Shown here piece after piece: positions 54,451 through 64,000 of a DNA stretch of 64,000 nucleotides. Below the pieces are notes generated by a model. That model saw only the letters and a program-made list of their open reading frames with translations, was not told where the DNA came from and searched no databases. Within the stretch, counting starts at the first letter, position 1. Each line of letters opens with the position of its first letter. Both the position numbers and the translations under genes were made by a program. Origin of the DNA: Somniosus microcephalus (taxonomy: Eukaryota); contig CM126228.1 of NCBI GenBank assembly GCA_052327205.1, forward strand, positions 25,420,001-25,484,000, given 5' to 3'.

Positions 54451-55929
54451 AACAAGCCGATTAACACAGACTTTGCTACCAGCTGCTAGAAGATGAATTG
54501 CATCCCCCTACTGTCATTGAATCTAGCGCTTCCCACAACAAACAAGTGGCTGAAGCACATGTAGGTTATATTTCAATTAGAATGAGTGACGTTTAGCTTC
54601 CACCTGGAACTTGAGAAATACCAAGCAGCCTGGGGCCTATTTTTGGAGGCTCATGTGCAACCTTCCCCCCCCCACCTGAGTACAAAGACCCCCCCACTGA
54701 TGGTCAACGACCCCAATCACTGAGATTACTGCTGTCGGCAGGGCATATCCCTCCACGTTCCCCCACCTACAGACTCACCTGATTCCCAGGGACCAGGACT
54801 AAAAACGCTTCCTCAATCCCCAACCCCAAACCCACACTGCTCCAAGGGCACAGCCATGCCCAGAAAGCTAAATGCATCAATGTACTCACCCCATAAACGC
54901 ATGTCATCAAAATGTACAATAGCTTTAGAAATCAACCAGCAAAAAAAAAATTAAATATTGACAAGAAAAAATCATAAGCAGGATACCATACAGTACAATC
55001 AGTAATAGACACTACATGCAACGGTGTTGGCTGTTTAAAAGTGTCACTTTTTCTTCTGGTGACCTCTCAAAAAGACACTTCTTTGGTGGTGCACTGCTGA
55101 CATACCTCTGTCCACTTTCTGTACATATAATGGCTGCAATGAACAGAAACCAAACCCATGGACATTCTTGGGTTTTAAAGATTCTTGAAAGATTGTATTG
55201 CCCTTAAAACTTGATCAAATTGAGCATCAAAGCAACAATAGTGTTTTGCCCCTTGACAAAAACCTCAATCCTAAACTACACTTTACAGTGGATCCTTGCT
55301 TGATCGGCTAGTTTGAGAACAAATGTATGCTTCCAGCAGCTAATTCACAGACATTGGAATGCCAGCTCTACTAATAATACTCACAATCTAAAAGTACATC
55401 CATACGAATGATCAAAACAATATTATGGTCAAATAAATTCAATTACCAGAAGGCTCAAGATGAATATTCCAAAGTGTTCTTAGTCAAATTCTCAGTGATG
55501 AAGGCTTTGCCATCAGCTATGTGAATTCATCCTCCACAGACAAACTTTTACACAATGCAAAGGCAATTTCATAAAGTTGTCCTAGAGATACAGGTGGTTG
55601 TTGCCCACTTTGAATTACAGTCACCCTAATGAGTTAAAATTGTATAAAACAAAAGACAAAAGTTCCTATTTTTCTTACAGAAGACACCACAATGAGAAAA
55701 GCATGTGACAGCTACACAAACTGAGAAAGGAAGGTTGGAACACAGACAGGAAGGGACATCACCTCCCTCCATTGTGACCTCTACCATCGAGAAAGAAAAG
55801 AGCAGCAATATTGTGGGAACACCATCATCTCCAAATCACCCCCTGATTTGGATATATATCACCCATCCTTCATTGTTGCTGGATCAATATTCTGGAATTC
55901 CCTACCTAACACCATTGTGGGAGCAGCAT

Positions 55930-56958
55930 CATAAGAACATAAGAACATAAGAAATAGGAGCAGGAGTAGGCCAATCGGCCCCTCGAGCCTGCTCCACCAT
56001 TCAATAAGATCATGGCTGATCTGATCCTAACCTCAAATCTTCTATCACTCTGCATCCACCCGAACCCATGTGATCTCCCGGGAGAGGCGAAAAACCAGAT
56101 AAAGACCCAATGGCCAATTTGGGAGAAAAAAATCTGGGAAATTCCTCTCCGACCCATCTAGGCGATCGAAATTCTTCCAGGAGATCACTCTGTCCCTATA
56201 TTTTCTACAGTACTTACCTTCTGTAAAGGCGATCTCCACCCCAGCCAGGAACAGGAATAAAACCATCTCCTGAAATCTAACAGAATTAGAACACAGTAGG
56301 AGCAGAACAAGGCTACACGGCCCCTGGGCCCGCTCCACTACCCACAGGGCCATGACCATTCCGAACCCAGACTCGTCCAATTTCCTGCCCGCTCCCCGTA
56401 ACCCTTTATTCCCTTTACTTCTAGGAAACTATCTATTTCTGTTTTAAATTTATTTAATGATGTAGCTTCCACAGCTTTTTGGGGCAGCAAATTCCACAAA
56501 CCTACCACCCTCTGAGTGAAGAAGTTTCTCCTCATCTCAGTTTTGAATGAGCAGCCCCTTATTTTAAGATTATGCCCCCTAGTTCTAGTTTCACCCATCA
56601 TTGGGAACATCCTCACCGCATCCACCCGATCAAGCCCCTTCACAATCTTATATGTTTCAATAAGATTGCCTCTCATTCTTCTGAACTCCAATGAGTAGAG
56701 TCCCAATCTACTCAACCTCTCCTCATATGACCACCCCCTCATCCCCGGGATTAACCGAGTGAACCTTCTTTGTACTGACTCGAGAGCAAGTATGTCTTTT
56801 CTTAAGTATGGACACCAAAACTGTATGCAGTATTCCAGGTGCGGCCTCACCAATACCTTGTACAACTGCAGCAATACCTCCCTGTTTTTATATTCCAACC
56901 CCCTAGCAATAAAAGCCAACATTCCATTGGCCTTCTTGATCACTTGCTGCACCTGCAT
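55930..56958 (-). mobile_element. CR1 3' fragment with extra segment (about 56040-56370) in its 3' UTR, inserted in an older LINE tail
   Basis: 206-aa RT C-terminal frame very similar to 47260-47841; (CTTATGTT)n tail at 55930; flanks 55820-55929 and 56960-57065 read as one older repeat. Confidence 0.88.
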
Positions 56959-57368
56959 ACAAGGAACTGCAGTGGTTCAAGGGAAAAGCCCGCCACCACC
57001 ACCTACTCGGCAACTTGAGATGCACAATATATCTGGCCTTGCCAGCATTACCCACATCCTGAGAACAAAAACAAAAAACACAGAAACAATCAGAGTGGAA
57101 AAGAAGCATATAAACTGTTACAGGAAGAGAAGCACCTTGCTTTCGTCTGTGAGCAATGTCACTAGTTTAAATCAAAAAATAAAAACAGAAAATATTGGGG
57201 ATACACAGTGAATTCATCAGCATCTGAAAAGGTACACTGTAAAGTTTTGTGTGTGAATCCTTTGACAGAACCCAAGTTTAATACTTCAGACGCAGATCCT
57301 TCATCAGAATCCAGAGTTGAGAGCCAGAATTTGTAAGTTATCTTTTCAGATGCTGATTGATTCACTCA

Positions 57369-58030
57369 ATAGCAAAATACTGTGGATGCTGGAAATCTGA
57401 AACAACAACAGAAAATGCTGAAAACACTCAGCAGGTCAGGCAGCATCGAGGAGAGGAGAAACAATCAACGTTTCGGGTCCGGGGCCCTTCGTCAGAACTG
57501 GAAAAGATTAGCGAAGAGAGATTTTTAAGCCGGGGCAGGGAGGAGGGGAGGAAAGAACAAAGGGGCAAACACCAGAAGGGAAACAGAAATCAATGAAGAT
57601 GAACAAGGTTGAAGAAACAGACAAAACGGCTTGATTTACTACGATAACCTCGGCCCCTATTACATTTCTATACATTTTTTATCCACACCTTTATTTTGTG
57701 CCCTTCCCCCCCCTTTTTTCTCTCCCACATGGCAGCAATCTCTCATTCTACCAGCGCATTTCACACCTAATCTAGAGCCGTCTTTTGTCTCTTACCAAAC
57801 CTATCACCATCTCGTCTCGTTTTGAATACCTCTTACTGTCTCTTCACTTCTCTTTTTGTTCTTTCATCCCCATTTCCCAGCCCCCAAACTGGCCTTTTAA
57901 TCTGTTTCTATTTCCTGTGTTTTTTCAGTCTTGACAAAGGGTTTCGACCTGAAACGTTGACTGTTTCTCTCTCCACGGATGTTGCCTGGCCCTGCTGAGT
58001 TTTTCCAGCATTTTTCTGTTGTTATTTCGG
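57369..58030. mobile_element. Penelope-like inverted terminal-repeat remnant
   Basis: 57644-58020 is closely similar to 50579-50950; 57369-57510 is an inverted copy of the same repeat family. Confidence 0.8.
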
Positions 58031-58189
58031 ATTGATTTACTTCTAAGACTTTTTTTCAGATTGGCAGTGTCTAAAATTGTGTGTTTTTTTCCCCAATGGC
58101 TATTATTCAATGGACCTGTTAACTATAAGTTGCAGTAATGTGGCCTTTTTGGAGCAAGGGGCAACTTAGTTTGGTGTCACTTTGTTCTT

Positions 58190-58860
58190 GCTGATCCTGG
58201 AGCAGCCAATGTGTGCGCCATGTGATGTGCAGGAGCTTGGCGAGTGGCTGCTGGCCCGCTGATGTCACCGTGTTTCCTCTCTCACGGGCTGGGCTGCCCC
58301 CGGCCAGACCCACTCGGCAAGTTTCCTCGGCACAGGCTGGTGTACCAGTGAAAATCCCAGTTTTATTTTTGGGTTGGTGTGTGTGGGAAAGCGAAGACTT
58401 GAAGCAGCACGGCGGCCGAAACCTTTGAAGACATTCGCCAAACCTGCTGTGCAGCTGTTTCTCCTCCACCCGGCGATGGCAGCGTTTCCTGAAGTCCGCG
58501 GTCTCTCCACCGATGAGGTAATTTTCTAGTGATTGTGTTTTATCTTTTTTAATTTAACCCCCTTTTCCATTCCAAAAAAAAAAATTCTCACATTGATTGT
58601 AACTTTCTCCACGTCCAGTGGCGAGAATCGCCCACCTTTCTCCCCCTCTCCCAGGAGCTGCCTGGCCTGGGGGCTGGGGGTGGTGGGCAGGGCGGTGCGG
58701 CCACAGGAGCCGGGCTGGCTGGCCGGCCAGTGAACCCGCCAAAGTGGCCTTTCCTCCATCGCTTGGAGCTCTGCCCACTGCAGCCTGGACTGCCGCGGGA
58801 GAGGAGCCCCGCATCCTCCCAGAGCTTTAGGCCTCACAAACCAGGGCAGTCGGTGCTCGC
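58190..58860 (+). promoter_or_regulatory. CpG/GC-rich promoter and 5' UTR region of the downstream gene
   Basis: Local GC/CpG enrichment outside recognisable repeats, CCAAT near 58206, surrounding an ATG-bearing exon. Confidence 0.65.
58476..58517 (+). CDS. NEDD4: Probable first coding exon of HECT E3 ligase NEDD4 (MAAFPEVRGLSTDE)
   Basis: Good Kozak context (GCG ATG G), 14 codons, phase-0 GAG|GTAATT donor; resembles NEDD4/NEDD4L N-termini ending GLxxDE before the C2 domain; NEDD4 follows RFX7 on the same strand in human. Only 14 aa, so the call leans on synteny. Confidence 0.65.
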
Positions 58861-60429
58861 ATTCCTTGGACCAGGGGGGTGGACTGCTGCTGCTGACTTC
58901 CACCAAAAAATTCAAAGCCCCATTGTATTGATTCTGAGATTTGTTCACTGACCGATGTATTTGTGCCTTGCAGGAAGGATCTCGGATTCTGAGAGTGAAA
59001 ATTTTCTCTGGAATTGGCCTTGCGAAGAAGGATATTTTGGGAGCCAGGTAGGATTTTATTTTTGGGGTGGGGTGGGGTGGGGGTGGGGGGGGCGGTGCTG
59101 GGAGCTCACCAGTGACAGGGCCAAACAACTGGAAACTCTTTTGTCGCTTTATATGTGACGGGAGAGTAGCAGCGACCGCTGTGCGGTGGCGAGTGGACAG
59201 CATTTTATAATGAGAGCAGGACAAGTCAACACAGGCATTTAACAAAAAAACTAAACATACAGGGCTGTGAAAAGTAGAGTTGGTATTCCCATCCCCCCAC
59301 CCACACACACACAATCATGGGGCAATTCTGAATGTTACACTAATCCATTGTTGAGCACTGTGTTTTCTAACATGAGTTATTGATTTATTGCACAATTGTG
59401 TAACGACACATTTCATTAACGTCACAGCATTTGTATTGAATGACTAATTAGTAGGTTCTTTCCTCTTACATGTCATGTGAGGCACTATAAAATTTAAATA
59501 ATGTGGGTGAGCTGGTAAATGCCTCAGCCATCCCCCTGTCTACCAGAAACATCAAGCCAGAGGAAATGAGATCGCATATTTTAAGACATTCTTGATATCA
59601 TATCAAAAGTCAACATCTTGACTCTTCCCTTTGTATGTATTGTGTAAAGGCTTTCCTCTGGTCTTATTCTCCCCCTGCCCCTGGGCTGCGGGAGGTGAGG
59701 GCATTTTGACTCCTTGAACCTCATCTTAGTTGTCAAATTTAAAGGTAGCATCAAGTGTGTACGTTCAATTTCTTGACTGATCTTTGAAACGTGGCCCACA
59801 GTTGTCTGACCTTTGTTGGTTTTTCCTTAATTGATTACTAGGATGTACAGTCATTCTCCAGGTGTGGTATCTTAATGCAAGACGTAAACCCCAGTTAAAC
59901 TCTTAGCTGAGCAAGGGGTGCTTGTTGCCATTTCTACCAGTTCTGACCATTTAAGATCCAGCTGTGCCTCTCGCTATAGGAATTGCTAGACGAATAAAGA
60001 CCAAGGTTCATCTAGTTTGCCTTCTACCATCCTGGTAGTCGCATGATACAACGATAATGGAGTTGGTGTCCAATCGCGTAATCATTCTCTATTAATTGGT
60101 CGACAAAAGACCCAGACATGAGCCGAGGACTGCTCCCCCCCGTGATGGAAAGCTTTGGGAAGCATCGGTCCCATGTCACTTGTTTCTCACAGGGATGCTA
60201 CACTTGCCACACATCATGTCTAAAATTACTCTTGCTCTATCCCACACTATTTTCTGAAAGAAGTCTTACTAATTTGCATTTCAGTGAATCAGCAAGATCT
60301 GCTCGCACCGTCTCCCCATGGAGCCTGTTCCATCGATTTAACACTCGCTCACTGAAATAATGCTTTGGCAGATTAGCTTTGAATTTACCTAACTTGAAGC
60401 GCAGGCCATGTCCTTGCCACTTCTCTTAA

Positions 60430-61125
60430 TCCCTCGACTGCCTCCGTGCTTTCACGTTGCTTATCTGACATTAAGTTACGAGTGAATAACCACTTCCTCC
60501 AGTGTAATATGCCAAGACCAAAGCCACAAATCATCCCCCTCCCCGGACACACACTCAGCCTTGGCGTCCTGCTCAACCCTGAGTTGAGCTTTAAACCAAA
60601 CGTTCCATCACCAAGATGGCTTATTTACACCTCTGTTACTTGCCTGCCTCTGCCCATACCTCAGTATTTCCATTGCAGCAACTTATTTGTTGCCTTCATA
60701 TTCAACTACACAAATTCTATTTTTTCAGGCTTTCTAGCCTCCATAAATTGAAATCTGAAATTATCACCCGTATGATGTCCCCCCCTCACCCATCACTGAC
60801 CAACATTGGCTTCTTGCACTCGAGAGCATTAAATTTAAAATTCTTATTCTTATCTACATGCCCTTCACGCCCTCATCCCAGCCTACTTTTGCAATCTTCT
60901 CCTTCCCGCGTGTTTAATTCCTCTCGTGTTGCCCATCTGGTGGCAGAGCCATCGGTTACCTTGGCCCTTCTTTCAGGAACTCCCTCCTTCTACATCTACC
61001 ATTTATTTAAAAAAAAAAAAAAAAAAAATCTCAAAACTCACCACCTTGACCAAGCTTTTGGTCACCCCTTCCAACCGTTCTCTCATTTCCTTTGCTTACC
61101 TCTGTGAAATGCGCGATATAAATGC
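60430..61125 (+). mobile_element. Degenerate L2 LINE 3' fragment
   Basis: CLSDIK...NHFLQ, LGVLLNPELSFKP and LKTHHLDQAF motifs; L2-like tail gcgatataaatgcag. Confidence 0.65.
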
Positions 61126-61364
61126 AGTTTTTTTTTTATGTTGTCTGGCCAGTCTCCCAGTTATGCTTTTTTAATGGTGCTGGATGTCTTGAGCAGATTA
61201 CAGTTGATAACCCACAAGCCTGTCAACACTTCCAAGAGCTGCCAAAGGCTTCTAGCACCATTGATTGACCCTGACGTTGAGTGTATTGTATCTGTGTCAT
61301 CTGATGCCATCAGCACGTCCACTGTACTGGCTGGTACCACTGATATTCCATACGAATATACAAA

Positions 61365-61640
61365 AGTGACAGAGAGGAAAAGACCAACTGGTTCATCGAG
61401 CCTGTCTCATATCATTTTGATGCCATATGCATCACAATACAGGCATCCCCTACGCATCCGGAGCCATGTAATCTCCTGGGAGCGGCGAAAAAACAGATAG
61501 AAACCCAGTCCAATTAGGCGGAAAAATTCCCTCCGACTCCTTTAGGCGATCAAAACTCAACCAGGAGACCACAATGGCCCTGATTTATATTACAGGGTAT
61601 ACCTACTACTTGTACGAGGTGATCTCTGCCCCCAGCCAGA
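61365..61640 (-). repeat. Dispersed repeat homologous to 56060-56250 (LINE 3' UTR-like)
   Basis: Shared atctcc.ggg...ggcgaaaaa.cagata...aattcc...ccgac...taggcgatc...ccaggaga blocks. Confidence 0.6.
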
Positions 61641-62361
61641 TCTCTCTCTCTCTCTCTCTCTCTCTCCAATACAGCAAATCAGCATTCACTGTATGAGACG
61701 GCAATCTGTGCCGCTATTCATAAACCGACTTAAGGACTTTGTGGTTCCAAAGATAGGCTCCGAAATTGTCATTTCTTTGTCTAAATCAGGATTTCGCTAG
61801 ACTTGTGCTGCCGGCAGATTTTGATCTGTTTTTTGTGAATTCCTTTTTCCCTCTCCCTATTGGGATTAGTGACACTGGCCGAGGGAACAAAGTGGAAAAT
61901 TACAATGCATTGAAATACACCATTTGGGGCAAATTTCTCTCGTCTTTTTTCCTGCTTAATCCAGTCGAAGTGGAGCGTATTGGATGTACAGTTTTCTCCG
62001 GATGGTGCCATCCTCCAGCTTGGTGCCTATGCCTATAAATGTTCCTAGGAACATCCAAGTTGAGTTTACTGTTGAATTTTGCAAACTTTGACGTGAAGGC
62101 AATAAGGAGACTTTTACCACCTTGTGAACTAAATTGTTCCTTGAGTTTAAAGTTAAACCCGTTTGTGGTTGCCTGATTTTGGGCCTCGGGCTGTGGCCTG
62201 TCTGTTTACTACTGAATTTTTAAAGACTAGTTATGTTTTACAAGCAATTAAACTCATGGTACTTTTCAAATACATAGAATGATCTGTTCCTTAGTAAGCC
62301 AAATGCCTCTATTTTTAGCTCAGTTATTAGAAGCTTTTAGTTTAACCTGCCTTTGCAGGTG

Positions 62362-62700
62362 ACAACAGCTACTTGCATTTATATAGCGGCTTTAACATAG
62401 TAAAATATCCCAAGGCGCTTCACAGGAGGGTTATCAAATAAAATTTGACACCGAGCCACATAGGGAGCTATTAGGACAGGGGTTTTAAGGAGCGTCCTAG
62501 TGGTGGAGAGGTTTACGGCAGGAATTCCAGAGCTTAGGGTCTCGGCAGCTGAAGGCACGGCCGTCAGTGGTGGAGCGCTGAAAATCAGGGATGCATGAGA
62601 GGCCAGAATTGGAGGAGTGCAGCGATCTCGGAGGGCTGGAGGAGGTTCCAGAGATGGGGACAAATGCATTGTAAGTGCTTGAAAAGTAAAACTCCAGTGA
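62362..62700 (-). mobile_element. L2 LINE 3' fragment
   Basis: ttgcatttatatagcg...cccaaggcgcttcaca tail; minus-strand GRAFSCRDPKLWNS motif. Confidence 0.75.
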
Positions 62701-63593
62701 AGGCAGCAAAGGTCAGTTCGTGGCTGCAAGGGTCAGGCAGGGCACAATGGCCGCAAAGGTTGGATGGGTTTCTACTTCACTGGTACCTGGTGCTCCATTC
62801 ATTTATTGATTTGTCAGTGTGCCTGGAGGTCTGAGTTTATTTGTTCGTCGTTTCATTCATTTGCTGGTGCCTGCAGCTCCATTTAAAAAAAAAAAAAAAA
62901 TTAAATTACCATTGTACCAACTGCTGTATGCATTCATTTCCTGGTGCCTGCTGCTGAATGGGTGCACTGATGAAGTGGTGGCTGGTGCTTTATTAAGTAA
63001 CTGGGTGCCTGGTTAATTTTGCTGCAGTGTGCTTCAGTAATCTTTTGTTGTTGGTAGTGAGTAATGATGCATGCAGTTTTCACAGGTTTCTGTGGGTTGA
63101 GTTTTCCTGTTTTGATTGTGTCGCGTCAGAAAAATAATCTGATGCATTTTGTTTGAAATTAAGTTCTCCAGTTTGAAAGAAGAAAGAAAGAAAGCCTTGC
63201 ATTTGTTATTCTAATAAGGCAAAGATTAAAAATTAACTGCTGTTGGCTACTGTTTTAGGGCATACTGTCATCACAGTCTTTGCCAAAATCAAGATAAAAG
63301 CTTTCAACACCCGTGCGGATCCTGCCTCCCCATGTGTAGACCCACAGGAGGTCGACTAGTAGTTTATTAACTGTAACCTTATCCCAATGAATGGAGTGGC
63401 ATTTGAATTGCTTGCAGATCAACACCAGTTGAGACAGAGGAATATGGGTGGTAATAGCAGCACTTGGCAGTGAAGCATTAATGGTGTATTCATGTGTAGA
63501 ATCTAAATGCTGTCCAGATTCTAATGTAGGATCAATTCCCACCATACATATTACAGCCTCATTCCATAAGCTGATAAGTGCACGTTTGAAATA

Positions 63594-63928
63594 CAGGAAA
63601 CTTTCTGTTATCCGGCACTGACGGGACCGAGCTGGTGCCGGCCCATCAAAACTGCCGGAGAAACCAGCGCTAATGTTAAAACATACGGAGCTTCTGAGCT
63701 CCGTCTGAAGCAACAAACCCTGTTGCTTAGCAACAGCGTCAAAACAATCGGCGCAGCTTGCAAGCATCTCTGTAGCTAAACAACAGCTTCAGCTAGACGC
63801 TTGCAGAGCCACGACTGGAGGAAAAAAAGCAACGAAAAGTAAAAAAACTTATCTGAACCGACTCCTGAATTTTGCCGGTGGATAGAGCGCTTCGGACATT
63901 TAACCTCCGTTTAAACGAAAGTTTCCTG
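63594..63928. mobile_element. CAGGAAAC MITE copy G
   Basis: TA-CAGGAAACTTTC...GAAAGTTTCCTG-TA; reverse orientation relative to copies C and E. Confidence 0.87.
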
Positions 63929-64000
63929 TATGATGGGAAGCTCCTAATTGTACTTGTAAATAATTGGCATTAAAAATGCAGGTTAAAAGGAGAAGAGGTG

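Noticed and set aside
58526-59314. 262-aa minus-strand ORF over the CpG island
   Set aside because: No recognisable domain; expected in GC-rich promoter DNA.
63255-63767. Similar ORFs at 14261, 40848 and 63255 suggesting a small gene family
   Set aside because: They are translations of copies of the same non-coding MITE.

Overview
Vertebrate genomic DNA. The repeat content (CR1 LINEs, an HE1-type V-SINE, Deu-domain SINEs, Penelope-like elements) points to a cartilaginous fish such as a shark. The + strand carries the last eight coding exons of RFX7 (868-35460; the N-terminal exons lie upstream of the window). One RFX7 intron, inside the DNA-binding domain, is a minor-spliceosome AT-AC intron (17438-19385). 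A long AT-rich probable 3' UTR follows, and a CpG-rich promoter with a short first coding exon at 58476-58517 is probably NEDD4. Most other ORFs in the track are retroelement fragments or noise. Most notable observations: (1) seven copies of a TA-flanked MITE family, six with RFX X-box/EF-C-like motifs, lie in and around this RFX gene; (2) a Helitron-like CpG-rich insertion in the last RFX7 intron carries two X-boxes, a YY1 motif and CCAAT boxes upstream of a terminal exon that begins with an in-frame ATG; (3) Penelope-like terminal repeats contain minimal hammerhead ribozyme cores. All calls were made by eye; no searches were run, and repeat boundaries are approximate unless termini are stated.
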